From IMG/VR virus record IMGVR_UViG_3300031994_000013, positions 64,001-128,000 of that record: DNA of 64,000 nt. One strand, written 5' to 3'. This document shows positions 46,489-56,503 of the stretch, piece by piece. The first letter of the stretch is position 1. Each line of letters begins with the position of its first letter. The position numbers and the translations under genes were made by a program. This stretch comes from a virus. Taxonomy: Duplodnaviria; Caudoviricetes. The notes under the pieces are model-generated. The model searched no databases. It saw only the letters and a program-made list of their open reading frames with translations, and was not told the origin of the DNA.

Positions 46489-47382
46489 ATGATTGGAAGC
46501 AAGATAATTGGGAAATATAGGAACGGAAATTATAATTGCATTATTTGTGATGATGGAACAAAAATTAGATACAATGATGCTGAATACTTCGCGCCTGAAT
46601 TTCCCGAATCTATGGATGTGAAAATTTCTAATAAATGCGATATGGGTTGTCCTATGTGTCACGAGCGTTCTACGCCCGATGGTGATTTAGCTAATCTAAA
46701 TCATCCTATTTTTGATTCATTGCCAAAATTTACCGAGCTCGCGCTCGGCGGCGGCAATGTACTAGAGCATCCAGACCTCGTACCATTCCTTGAGCGTATG
46801 CGCGAGCGCCATGTCATTTGTAATATGACGCTTCATCTCTCTCATTTCGAGCAGGCGGCCGCGAAAGTTAAGTTATGGCATGATAATGGTTTAGTTCATG
46901 GCGTAGGTATTTCCGTAAATACCGTTCCCACCGACTATCAGCTTACGCTTCTTCGTTCTAACTCTGACTTCGTAGTTCATGTAATTGCTGGTGTCGTGCC
47001 CGTTGAAGCTATGATGAAAATGTATGATTGCGGCCTTAAACTGCTTATTCTTGGCTATAAAAATTATGGTCGTGGTGAGCATTATCTTGAACTTCATCCT
47101 GAAACAATGGCTAGGATAGCACAATTTGAAGCGCTTATTCCTGAATTTAAAGAGCATTTTAAACTTCTTAGCTTTGATAATCTCGCTCTTTCTCAACTTC
47201 ATATAAAGAAGTATGTATCCGAGGAAGAATGGAATACTTCCTATATGGGCGATGACGGTCAATTTACTATGTATCTTGATATGGTAAAGGAAGAATATGC
47301 CAAGTCCTCTATTTCAGACAGAAAGCCTATTTTTTCCAACGATATCCGTGATTTGTTTTCTAAAGTAAGGAAAGAAATATGA
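46489..47382 (+). CDS. Radical SAM protein
   Basis: CDMGCPMC (CxxxCxxC) and LGGGN. Confidence 0.85.
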   Translation: MIGSKIIGKYRNGNYNCIICDDGTKIRYNDAEYFAPEFPESMDVKISNKCDMGCPMCHERSTPDGDLANLNHPIFDSLPKFTELALGGGNVLEHPDLVPFLERMRERHVICNMTLHLSHFEQAAAKVKLWHDNGLVHGVGISVNTVPTDYQLTLLRSNSDFVVHVIAGVVPVEAMMKMYDCGLKLLILGYKNYGRGEHYLELHPETMARIAQFEALIPEFKEHFKLLSFDNLALSQLHIKKYVSEEEWNTSYMGDDGQFTMYLDMVKEEYAKSSISDRKPIFSNDIRDLFSKVRKEI

Positions 47383-47624
47383 GTGTAATTAGTGATGTAA
47401 GTATTTTAGCCGCGGGATTAGAATACGACCATAAGAATGGTTGTCTTGCTAAATGTCATGAATGTCCTTATGGAATCGCGGCTAAAGTTGAAGTAGAAAA
47501 TTTTGACGATTGTCCTATATGCAATGATATAATTGAAGCATTAAGAAATGCAGAAAACAACGATAATGGTAATAAGAAATTTTTTTCCGGTTATAGACTG
47601 GGAGCGTCATTAAAAAATTATTAA
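47379..47624 (+). CDS. Small Cys-containing hypothetical protein
   Basis: CHECPY motif. Confidence 0.55.
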   Translation: MSVISDVSILAAGLEYDHKNGCLAKCHECPYGIAAKVEVENFDDCPICNDIIEALRNAENNDNGNKKFFSGYRLGASLKNY

Positions 47625-47643
47625 ATTGAAAGGATTGAAAGAA

Positions 47644-48066
47644 ATGAGAATTAATGTTAAGCCCGAAGATTGTAAGTTTGTTATTAATCCAGAGAAACGA
47701 AAGGTAGTTTGTATATACGAAGGAACGGCTTATGACGCTCTAGATTATATTGCAGAGCATATTGATAATATCGTAATGCTTACTCCAAAAACGCAACATT
47801 TGCAGATGCCTGGTCGTTTTGTAGGAATTGCTACATGTTCGGAAGAAGATACTTGGAATGAAGAGTTCGGCCGCAAGGTTGCATTTACGAAGATGCGAAA
47901 GAAGTATTATACTAGCTTCTTTAAGAAATTAAACTCTTTTATTGATTATGTAGATAAGCGTATTGCAACTTTTGTAGAAGATACAAATAAGTTTGGTGAT
48001 AAGGTAGGCTACAATATCGCTAATGAAACAGAATATATTGAAAATTATCTAAAGGAGCACAATTAA
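47644..48066 (+). CDS. Phage hypothetical protein
   Basis: GIATCSEEDTWNEEFGRKVA motif; stop in terminator hairpin. Confidence 0.7.
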   Translation: MRINVKPEDCKFVINPEKRKVVCIYEGTAYDALDYIAEHIDNIVMLTPKTQHLQMPGRFVGIATCSEEDTWNEEFGRKVAFTKMRKKYYTSFFKKLNSFIDYVDKRIATFVEDTNKFGDKVGYNIANETEYIENYLKEHN

Positions 48067-48204
48067 GTGCTCTTTTTTTATTTGGAGGAATAAAAATGCT
48101 GTTTAAGGAAAAGCAAGAAATTGAGTTAGAAGCGCTCGTCCCTTCAATTGAAGAAACTTATATGCTTATAAATGGCGAATTAAAGATACAGGAGGTTGAA
48201 AACA

Positions 48205-49164
48205 ATGACAGAAATATTGATAAAGGGAATGACAAATAAAGAAGTTGCCATACTAAAATATCTAATTGGTTTCTCTGAAATAAAACAGGCTACTGAAATT
48301 TTCGATGACGATTTTGACGCAGCCGTAAGGAAATTTCAAAGTGAGAATAATTTGGCCGTAGATGGAAAGATTGGTAAACAAACAAAGAAGGCTATTGCAT
48401 TAAAGGCGCCAACAACCTCTATATTAAGAAATAGAAAAAGCCGTGAAGCTTGTGCTTTACAGCTTTTTTTTAATTTAACCGTAGATGGTATTTATGGTTC
48501 TAAAACAAAGGCCGCGGTAAAAGCTTATCAAGCAGAGAAGGGTCTAAAAGCAGATGGCGTCTGCGGCCCCAAGACTTGGTTAATGATTCTTACAAACGAA
48601 CAAGAAGCCTCTATCCCAAGCGGTGATTTAAATCCTGGAGCAATTAAACCAGTTGATTATAAGCAAGGGGATAAGCGTTGGGGTAAAAAGATGTATAGTA
48701 ACCATGGTGATAAAAGTCAGACAATGGCGAGTTCTGCTTGCGGCCCTACCTCGATGGCAGATATTGTTGCTACTTGGTGGGATGAAAAGGTTACTCCTTA
48801 CGATTTAGCATTAAAGTCTATGAGTTGGGGCACCCGTACTTATAACAGCGGCACATCAGCTACTTTTTTCCGCAGATGTGCTGAATTGTATAAAGCATCT
48901 AAATATAGCACTACTGCTAATATCGACAATGCAATTAAGTGTCTAAATGAAGGCGGATATGTTATTGTGTGCTTTGGCGTTGGCACAAAAGGTAAGAGTT
49001 CTTATAAAAAATGGACCGCAGGCGGGCACTATTGCTGTATATGGAAGTGGGATGGTAAATATTTTTATATTAATGACCCCGCTAGTAGCAAAGCCGCCCG
49101 CGCGAAGGGCACCTATGATGAAGTAAAAGATGCTCGTAAGGGCTTCTATTGCTTCTGGAAATAA
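48205..49164 (+). CDS. Endolysin: two peptidoglycan-binding domains plus C39-like cysteine peptidase
   Basis: AVRKFQ..NNL.VDG.IG and AVKAYQ..KGL.ADG.CG; YKQ...ACGP...GHY...NDP. Confidence 0.8.
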   Translation: MTEILIKGMTNKEVAILKYLIGFSEIKQATEIFDDDFDAAVRKFQSENNLAVDGKIGKQTKKAIALKAPTTSILRNRKSREACALQLFFNLTVDGIYGSKTKAAVKAYQAEKGLKADGVCGPKTWLMILTNEQEASIPSGDLNPGAIKPVDYKQGDKRWGKKMYSNHGDKSQTMASSACGPTSMADIVATWWDEKVTPYDLALKSMSWGTRTYNSGTSATFFRRCAELYKASKYSTTANIDNAIKCLNEGGYVIVCFGVGTKGKSSYKKWTAGGHYCCIWKWDGKYFYINDPASSKAARAKGTYDEVKDARKGFYCFWK

Positions 49165-49167
49165 AAA

Positions 49168-49192
49168 TAAGCCGATAGCCATAGGCTATCGG
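49168..49192. terminator. Terminator hairpin between convergent genes
   Basis: GCCGATAGCC-ATA-GGCTATCGGC. Confidence 0.7.
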
Positions 49193-49194
49193 CG

Positions 49195-49608
49195 CTATTT
49201 AAAACGCTCTTCAACATAACTGTCGTTACCAGTATAGCAAACAACTTTTACTCCTAAATCACGCAACAATTTTTCACAACCTTCACAAGGTTTAGAAATC
49301 GCGCGCGTTCCATCTTTTAGCTCTCGATAAATATAAACAACTACATCTTTAAAGTCTATATCTAAATATCGAATTTTGCGAAACAATTGAGTTTCTGCAT
49401 GACTGCGAGGCGGCTTAAGCATAATATCACTCTTGCCTTTTATTCTATAACGATTATAAAAATACTGTGTAGGATTAGTTTTATCTGTATTATGCGCGCG
49501 GGCTAGTATAAATTTATTCTTATAAACTGCTACTGCACCCAGGTGCGCGCCATCGTAATCAGACAAATAACTTTCTTTTTTGGCTTCTTCAAAAAATCTA
49601 TCTTTCAT
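49195..49608 (-). CDS. Zinc-dependent cytidine/dCMP deaminase-like protein
   Basis: HAE and PCEGC motifs. Confidence 0.8.
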   Translation of the reverse strand: MKDRFFEEAKKESYLSDYDGAHLGAVAVYKNKFILARAHNTDKTNPTQYFYNRYRIKGKSDIMLKPPRSHAETQLFRKIRYLDIDFKDVVVYIYRELKDGTRAISKPCEGCEKLLRDLGVKVVCYTGNDSYVEERFK

Positions 49609-49700
49609 TATATTACCTCACTTTATAAATATATTATAACATAAATTTTAGAAAAAGTCAAAAAAAATAGAGGACACTGTAAAGTGTCCTCTTTATTTTT

Positions 49701-50111
49701 TTATTCTTGAACAAGACGCCATCCCGCGGGATAGGCTTCTGGCGACCAAATATTATTAGCAATTGTGCTTTCATAAATTTGACCGTTATATCTAACTTTG
49801 TCACCGATTTGATATGCATTAGTTGAATCGGGTTGTTTCCATTCAGGAATAACCGTTGGGTCTGGTATCAAAACTTTAGCAAATAAACTGGGTGCATCTT
49901 TTGGCGTCCAATTAGGTTGTGAGGTATGGTCTTGTAATACTCTATATAGCGTATTATCATATTTAACTCTATAATCTTTTTGATAAGCAATTCCATTACC
50001 ATCCCAAGTAGGATAAAGGGTGATAGCTTCTAACGCATCCTTATCGTCTAAAAATTCTACGCTTTTTTCAATTAAAGGGCGTAATTTGTTAGCCAATTCA
50101 ATTAATGTCAT
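49701..50111 (-). CDS. CBM5/12-like carbohydrate-binding tail accessory protein
   Basis: YRVLQDHTSQ..WTP...W.QP...AY..GD.V; one of four paralogs. Confidence 0.7.
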   Translation of the reverse strand: MTLIELANKLRPLIEKSVEFLDDKDALEAITLYPTWDGNGIAYQKDYRVKYDNTLYRVLQDHTSQPNWTPKDAPSLFAKVLIPDPTVIPEWKQPDSTNAYQIGDKVRYNGQIYESTIANNIWSPEAYPAGWRLVQE

Positions 50112-50112
50112 G

Positions 50113-50358
50113 TTAATCTACCCCCAAGATAATTTTGGTGGCGGCAAGCTCTTCTTCTAATTCTTTACTACGCTGCGCTAAAAGCAATATATATTCATCT
50201 TTGCTATAACTTTTATAATTATATTTAAATCCAGTTATTTCTTTTCCTTCATACTGCTGTGTGAAAGGTTGAATTTCATCAGCAACAAAAACCATACTGT
50301 CGGTCATTTGAATCGTGGGAGGTACAACCTTCCCATAAATAACTCCGTAATTAGTCAT
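50113..50358 (-). CDS. Small tail-fibre-associated protein
   Basis: Between fibre and CBM gene; helical C-terminus ending ILGVD. Confidence 0.55.
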   Translation of the reverse strand: MTNYGVIYGKVVPPTIQMTDSMVFVADEIQPFTQQYEGKEITGFKYNYKSYSKDEYILLLAQRSKELEEELAATKIILGVD

Positions 50359-50362
50359 TGTG

Positions 50363-52252
50363 TTATTCCCCCATAATATTTTCCCAAGATTGGATATTAG
50401 AACGATAAGTGCTATTTACAGTAGGAATATACATTAAGCGTGCAGATAAAGAACGATAAGTTTGTGTTATTGGTTGGTCAAAGCCATAATAAAACATTCC
50501 ATTGTTTTGTTCATAATACCACAAGCCGCCAGCAATTGCTAGATTGGTGCCATTAAGTCTAGCGGTAGTCCATAAGTTATCACCAACGGGCACAGCACTA
50601 TTCGCGCCGGTGCATTGTATTGGGATATAAACCCAATCAAATTCCTCCGTGCCTTTGCCAAAAGCAGAAATCCAATCAGAAGTAGAGGGGACAGGGAAAC
50701 CTATGGCCTTATAATTGTTTGCGTCGATTGTAGCACTATAATTGAAACTAGTGCAAATATATGGAACGCCGCCATTATACTCACCATTACCTACGACATC
50801 TACGCCGCCTATCATACGCCAGATATTGCCCCAAGGATTTTCTACTCCACGGTAAGAAATTGCTCTTTTCCCTTCTTCGCTATAAGAAGTTCCATTATTA
50901 ATTGTGCTATTTGCAGCGCCTGTAATATTGCCAAGACTTGCAGTAGAACCAGTGATAGAAGCACAGTTTTCGCCATTACGATTAGGAATTGTGCTAATAC
51001 CTTCTTCCAATGCGGCTTGTCCATTGAGCATGCCATACTCAACTAATTGTAACATTTGCATTGCACTTTCATAAGCCAAGTTAGTAATATGCCAATCGGC
51101 GCCACGATTCTGTGCGATTTGTTCAGCATCAAAGACTGTAAAGTTTTTACCTGCACCACTGACTGGTTTAACATTAGCAATAGAAGATAATTTAGAACTA
51201 TTAACAGCAAAAGTCTCATCATTTTCTAAATAACTATTGCCAACCTGCGCGCTGCCTTCATAAGCAGAAATTAAAACATAATCTAGCTCGGTGCCATCGG
51301 GGCGCTTAAATAAGGGGTGAAGTTTAAAGCCAGGGGTGGCGGTATAAGATAATAAAAGTGTTTCTTTATTTATTATGTTGTCAGTTACATCATTAAAACT
51401 TCTTAAGTAATAAAATTTAGGTTGATAGACCATAACTTGGCCATTGCTGCCATCATCTTTATAATTATTGTCTCCATACCAAGCAACGATTTGACCGCTG
51501 TCATTAACATTACACCTGCGGCGGCCGCCATACATTTTATATTCATCAAAGTCAGTGCCCTGACTTTTATTTTTAGCATCTTGCACTCGTATAAAAGTCC
51601 TATTGGGGTAATCAATTTCCAAGCCTACTACATCCTGTAAATGATAATCACCGCTTTTAATAAGTGCAGACACGATATCTTCTTCCTTAACAGACCCATT
51701 GGTAACATAACCATCATTTCCAACTACTACAATTTGTCCAGCATATTGTGTGCCAATATAACTAGCACTTTCGCCGCTAGTTTCCTCTTTAATTTCATCA
51801 ATTTGAGATTGTAAATCTCCTATTGTGTCCGTAAAAGATTGTTCGATTGTATTAAAGTTATCAGTAATAGCTTTTTGTGTCATACTGCCATCTTCAGCAT
51901 TACCAATGTCTTTATAATATTTAGTAATATTAGCAATCTCACTAATGCTATTATCAGGATAAGTGGTCTTAAGCGAAATGGTTGAACTATCATTACCCGT
52001 ATCTACAACTTTATCAATCGTTAGCTTTTTTATTTCTGTGTCGGCGGTCGCAGTTATATCATTTAAAGCGGCAGTAACATTATTAAGTGCGGCGATTGAA
52101 TTTTGATTATTGGTATTGGTTTGTTCTGTAATAGTTTCAATGTTCTCGGCCGCGGTAGTAGCAATTTGGGTGGCTTCTTGTGCCTGTGCTACATATGCCG
52201 CCAACTGTTGTGGAGTCAATGATTTTGCTAATATAATATCAATTATATCCAT
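50363..52252 (-). CDS. Tail fibre / receptor-binding protein with C-terminal CLec(FGE)-like domain
   Basis: Coiled-coil N-terminus; GQVMVYQPKFY, YRGVENPWGNIW, GG.W...SARL. Confidence 0.65.
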   Translation of the reverse strand: MDIIDIILAKSLTPQQLAAYVAQAQEATQIATTAAENIETITEQTNTNNQNSIAALNNVTAALNDITATADTEIKKLTIDKVVDTGNDSSTISLKTTYPDNSISEIANITKYYKDIGNAEDGSMTQKAITDNFNTIEQSFTDTIGDLQSQIDEIKEETSGESASYIGTQYAGQIVVVGNDGYVTNGSVKEEDIVSALIKSGDYHLQDVVGLEIDYPNRTFIRVQDAKNKSQGTDFDEYKMYGGRRRCNVNDSGQIVAWYGDNNYKDDGSNGQVMVYQPKFYYLRSFNDVTDNIINKETLLLSYTATPGFKLHPLFKRPDGTELDYVLISAYEGSAQVGNSYLENDETFAVNSSKLSSIANVKPVSGAGKNFTVFDAEQIAQNRGADWHITNLAYESAMQMLQLVEYGMLNGQAALEEGISTIPNRNGENCASITGSTASLGNITGAANSTINNGTSYSEEGKRAISYRGVENPWGNIWRMIGGVDVVGNGEYNGGVPYICTSFNYSATIDANNYKAIGFPVPSTSDWISAFGKGTEEFDWVYIPIQCTGANSAVPVGDNLWTTARLNGTNLAIAGGLWYYEQNNGMFYYGFDQPITQTYRSLSARLMYIPTVNSTYRSNIQSWENIMGE

Positions 52253-52254
52253 TA

Positions 52255-52659
52255 TTATACCTCCATATTCCAGCCATATACATCTGGTGCCCAGATATTG
52301 TTATCCATATTACTTACATATATATGTCCTTCTTTATCTGGATAATACACTTTATCACCAGTTTGGTATGCGTCATGTGCTCCTGCGGGCTGTTTCCATA
52401 CTGGAATTACACCAGGTAATGCGACTTCTGTATATAGAGATGTCGCTATATCGGGCGTCCAATCTGCCTGAGAAGCATGAGATTGTATAACTTTATATAG
52501 TTTATTTAAATAACTAATGCGTTCTCCCGCCTCATATTCCTTACGCGGTTTCCACACAGGAAATAATTCAATGCCACTTAAGGCTTGTTCGTCTGATAGG
52601 GCGGCCGCAGCTTCTTCAATAAGCGCTCGCAGCTGTCTTGCTTTAGCTAAATTAATCAT
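52255..52659 (-). CDS. CBM5/12-like tail accessory protein
   Basis: Paralog of 49701-50111. Confidence 0.7.
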   Translation of the reverse strand: MINLAKARQLRALIEEAAAALSDEQALSGIELFPVWKPRKEYEAGERISYLNKLYKVIQSHASQADWTPDIATSLYTEVALPGVIPVWKQPAGAHDAYQTGDKVYYPDKEGHIYVSNMDNNIWAPDVYGWNMEV

Positions 52660-52870
52660 TATTCTCACCACCTAAAAGTATGGTTAAGATTTCTTCTGCT
52701 GTATGATTTTCTTCAGGAATGGGCTCTCCTTCGATATATGTTCTACCAGAATTTATTGGGTCATATGCTTCAATATAGTTTTGCCTATCTCTAGTAACAT
52801 AATATCCAGCATCAGAAAAAGTGTGTGTAAATTCACGCCCATTAATTGTTACATTTTCAACTTGTATCAT
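52652..52870 (-). CDS. Small tail-fibre-associated protein
   Basis: MIQVENVTING; paralog of 58622-58846. Confidence 0.65.
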   Translation of the reverse strand: MIQVENVTINGREFTHTFSDAGYYVTRDRQNYIEAYDPINSGRTYIEGEPIPEENHTAEEILTILLGGENND

Positions 52871-52874
52871 TTTT

Positions 52875-54494
52875 TTATCCTCCATATTCTACCATTTTAT
52901 CAGCATAAAGCGTCCAGTTTGTTGCGTTTTGATAAGCATTTAGTATGGAGTGGTCTGAACTATAAGGAACATAAATAATAAAATCATTTAAATATTCTGT
53001 TCTAAAAGAGTTAGCTTGTGCGGTTGGAGGTTGAGAACTTTCACAGACAAAAGCAGCAATACAATGGTCGCTAGAGAAACTAGGAAGTGATGTAGTAGTA
53101 GAATTAAAAATGAATTTATCAAGTTGTAACAGAGAAAAAGTTCCAATGCCCGCATTCGTCAAATCGCAATAAAAATCTTTATTCCAAGTATATGATTTAA
53201 ATGAAGATAAGAAATTACCTGCTATAGTAGTAACACTACTTGGTATAACAATTATCTCAAAAATTCCGGCAGTTGTAAAAGCATTTACTCCTAAAGTAGT
53301 GCATCTATCTGGTATTAAACAGTGCGTAAGATTGCGGCAACCGTTAAATGTATTTTGTTCTATGGAGGTTAAATCCTGCGGCAACACTATATATAAAGCA
53401 TCTCTACAATAATAAAAAGAATTTCTTGGTATGCTCGTTATCGTTTTAGGTAAAACTACACATTTTAAGCTATGGCAATATGCAAAGTATTCTATTGAAG
53501 AGTTATTACCAGACTCAAAACTGACAGTAGTTGGTAATGAGATTTGTTGTAAATCTGGAAATTTATAAAAAACTTTACCATATAATTTTGTAAAATTACC
53601 AATATTAACACGCCTTATTAACTCTTTTTCAGTTATACTTTCGTAACCAATATAAATAACTGTATTATTAACAGAAAGTATTTTAACCGTATATTCCCCT
53701 GCGGCCGCATAAGTATGCGTATATGTATTAGAAATATTTACTGCACTACTTGTGCCTGTTTCTGTTGTGGAATCGCCCCAATCAATAGAAATAGAGCCTT
53801 GGAACCATAGTTTTAAGGTTAAATTAGTGTTTGGCTGTTCCGTCACAACAAGAAGTTCTGTTGCTCCTGAACTTGTAGTATAGCTTTGCCCAATGTCTAG
53901 ATGTTCGTACTTCTGCACGTAGGCTTTTGCTCTATCTAAATCCCAGTTCCATCCTTGTGCGATTAAGTTAGAGTGAGTTGGATTGGCGGGCATAGCATTT
54001 AAAGCTAAAAATTCATCCTTATCATAACTATATACTACAGTGCCATCATAATCTATAAAATTAACTTGTTTAGTATCAGATACAGTTATAGGAACAGTTA
54101 CATCATTCTGATACCAGCCGCCGCTTACGGTGACGGTCTGCCCATTACTATTAATATCTGATGCACTTCTTTGAGGAATTGCTCCTGTAATTGGTAATCC
54201 TTGAGAATTATGTGCGGTATATCCCTCAATCATATGTAAAGCATCGATTGTATCTTGTGATAAATCTATATCAATTGAGCCGCCACCAGACCCGGCAGTC
54301 AATAAAATCCATTCATGATTTGAATTTGCCATATATACTTCAAGGCCGCCGCTTTCACCTACTAAAACAATTGCGGTTGAGCCTAAAGTTGATTGGTCGT
54401 AAGGAATACTTGCTAAATCTGCGGTGGAGTCACATATATGCTCGTAAGTAATAACATTATCTTGTTGCCCTTGTTTAGTCATTATATGAGCCAT
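52875..54494 (-). CDS. BspA-type leucine-rich repeat adhesin/tail protein
   Basis: LP..ITSI...F..C repeats; VNFIDYDGT module shared with 58843-60168. Confidence 0.75.
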   Translation of the reverse strand: MAHIMTKQGQQDNVITYEHICDSTADLASIPYDQSTLGSTAIVLVGESGGLEVYMANSNHEWILLTAGSGGGSIDIDLSQDTIDALHMIEGYTAHNSQGLPITGAIPQRSASDINSNGQTVTVSGGWYQNDVTVPITVSDTKQVNFIDYDGTVVYSYDKDEFLALNAMPANPTHSNLIAQGWNWDLDRAKAYVQKYEHLDIGQSYTTSSGATELLVVTEQPNTNLTLKLWFQGSISIDWGDSTTETGTSSAVNISNTYTHTYAAAGEYTVKILSVNNTVIYIGYESITEKELIRRVNIGNFTKLYGKVFYKFPDLQQISLPTTVSFESGNNSSIEYFAYCHSLKCVVLPKTITSIPRNSFYYCRDALYIVLPQDLTSIEQNTFNGCRNLTHCLIPDRCTTLGVNAFTTAGIFEIIVIPSSVTTIAGNFLSSFKSYTWNKDFYCDLTNAGIGTFSLLQLDKFIFNSTTTSLPSFSSDHCIAAFVCESSQPPTAQANSFRTEYLNDFIIYVPYSSDHSILNAYQNATNWTLYADKMVEYGG

Positions 54495-54532
54495 TTTTTT
54501 CACCTCTTATGATTTATTATTTCAAAATACGG

Positions 54533-54568
54533 AAAAAAGGGGTGAAGCCATTATGATGACTTCACCCC
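54533..54568 (-). terminator. Intrinsic terminator
   Basis: GGGGTGAAG...CTTCACCCC followed by TTTTTT on the minus strand. Confidence 0.7.
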
Positions 54569-54640
54569 TAACGGACAGAAGTTTCTGACATATCATATTT
54601 CAATACCATGTCATCCTTTCAGTCAATATCTTCCGCAGTA

Positions 54641-55033
54641 TTAAGGGTTTGTATCTTCAATAAGTAAGCTACGAATTGGAAGATATACATCGGAAAAATA
54701 ATAGAGAATTCCTGTTTCTCGGTCAAGATATAAATAATCTTCTTGGCCGTTCTCTGGAAAAGTAGCAATAGTGCCGACGATTATTTCCTTTTCATTTGAG
54801 TCATTGCTAAATTTCTTTAAGAAATTTTCTTCCGTCCCCGAAAAACCATTTTGTAACGCTATTTCATATAGTTGATGTGATAAAATAGATAATGTAACAT
54901 TTTCCCAAGGATAAACTGCTGGTAGCGCGGCACCTCCGCTATAAGGATGCGGCGGCATAATAGAAAAATCATAGCCTAAAAGCCTATCTCTAGTGCGCCA
55001 TCTCTCTTTATTCCAATTTGGAATTAAGCTCAT
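54641..55033 (-). CDS. Hypothetical tail-region protein
   Basis: YEIALQNGFSGTEENFL motif typical of fibre proteins. Confidence 0.55.
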   Translation of the reverse strand: MSLIPNWNKERWRTRDRLLGYDFSIMPPHPYSGGAALPAVYPWENVTLSILSHQLYEIALQNGFSGTEENFLKKFSNDSNEKEIIVGTIATFPENGQEDYLYLDRETGILYYFSDVYLPIRSLLIEDTNP

Positions 55034-55034
55034 T

Positions 55035-55445
55035 TTATCCCTCCTTTAGAACCCAGAGATTACTTGTTCCAGGAGCCCATACATTATTATCAATAGTGCT
55101 TTCCCAAACTTGCCCGTTATAGCGGACTAGGTCGCCAGTATTATACGCGTCTTGCGCGCCGGTAGGCTGCCGCCACTCGGGAATCTCGCCGGGCTTAGCA
55201 ATTTCAGTGAATAGCGCGGGCACCTTATCTGGTTCCCAGCCTTCTTGACTTATATGTGCTTGGACTACACGATATAGTTTATTTAAATAGCGTAGCCGTT
55301 GGCCGACTTCATACGCTTTATTTGGACTCCATTTTTCAAATAGGGCAACTACGGCAGTTGCATCTTCATCTGCTATGTTATTTAAACTATCGTTGATTTC
55401 TTTAAGCCTTGCATCTAATGCTATACGCAATTCTTCTTTCGTCAT
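55035..55445 (-). CDS. CBM5/12-like tail accessory protein
   Basis: Paralog; WRQPTGAQDAY. Confidence 0.7.
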   Translation of the reverse strand: MTKEELRIALDARLKEINDSLNNIADEDATAVVALFEKWSPNKAYEVGQRLRYLNKLYRVVQAHISQEGWEPDKVPALFTEIAKPGEIPEWRQPTGAQDAYNTGDLVRYNGQVWESTIDNNVWAPGTSNLWVLKEG

Positions 55446-55918
55446 ATACTCACCCCAAGTTCAGTAAGAGCAGCTTCATAATCCGCGGCCGTAGCTTCTT
55501 CAGAAATTGGTAAATCTTGTGCTTCACCATTGGTTAGAGCAATTCCGCTATAAAAGCTTTCAAAAACATCCTTTGATAGGCTATATTTGCCGCGGTCGGG
55601 ATTACAGATTACTACCTTGTCATCCTCATCTATTCCACAAAAAACACAGAAGTGTTCCCATTTCCACCAAATAATTGCTGGTCTATCTTGCTTATATAGG
55701 CTGTCCGCGGTTTCTTTGTAAGCGCGCATATCTAAGCCATATTTTCTTCCTACTGTAAGTATATCTTTTGCAGAGCAGCCAATTAAACGGGTGTTACATT
55801 CTTCTATTAGAGTTTGTAAATCTGCTTCTATGTTATAAAAATCGCACAACATTTTAAGGCAGGTCGCGCCGCAATCTGTCGGCTTAACAGAAGTAATTGG
55901 AGTTATATTATATACCAT
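55442..55918 (-). CDS. Stand-alone C39 cysteine peptidase with tail-chaperone-like C-terminus
   Basis: TDCGATCL..M, PAIIWW..EHFCV, NP; ends EATAADYEAALTELGVSI. Confidence 0.75.
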   Translation of the reverse strand: MVYNITPITSVKPTDCGATCLKMLCDFYNIEADLQTLIEECNTRLIGCSAKDILTVGRKYGLDMRAYKETADSLYKQDRPAIIWWKWEHFCVFCGIDEDDKVVICNPDRGKYSLSKDVFESFYSGIALTNGEAQDLPISEEATAADYEAALTELGVSI

Positions 55919-56087
55919 AATTATCCTCCTTAACGCAATGGGTCACTAGGCGTATCTGCTATGTCAAAGGTAAAACGCTTGCCAGATGCCAACATAGAAC
56001 CTTCTTTATCCAGATTAAGTAGTGATTCATTTGCTAATTCTTTTTCTTTTTGAATCATAATTTGTGACATTACCATCAAGTCTCTTT

Positions 56088-56495
56088 TTAATTCCATCCC
56101 GCTATTACGCCTCCTGCATCATCAATTTGGACAATTTTGTCGGCTGTATATAATCCCATTGTTTCCATTAGTTCTTCTAATGTCATTTGCTCGGATGATT
56201 TATCAGAAATATGGAATTCATCTTCAATGGTGTATTCATCAATTTGTTTAAGAGTGGTGAATAAATTTTGAGTTTGTGGATTATAATCGGGAAATTTTTC
56301 TTTAATTTCTTTAGCATCGTATTTAATATGTTTTGTCCATCCTAAGCGATGGGCTTCTTCTGGGTTTTCGTCAAAATATAATTTAAGACCCATTATAATT
56401 TTACCAGTAATTTTACCGTCAAAATCATGCGCGGGAAGATACTTGATTTTCCCGTTTTCATCTAATTTTTCATAATCCCATCTCATAATTAACAT
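56088..56495 (-). CDS. Hypothetical protein
   Basis: 135 aa, AAGGAG RBS. Confidence 0.6.
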   Translation of the reverse strand: MLIMRWDYEKLDENGKIKYLPAHDFDGKITGKIIMGLKLYFDENPEEAHRLGWTKHIKYDAKEIKEKFPDYNPQTQNLFTTLKQIDEYTIEDEFHISDKSSEQMTLEELMETMGLYTADKIVQIDDAGGVIAGWN

Positions 56496-56503
56496 CTCCT
56501 TCG

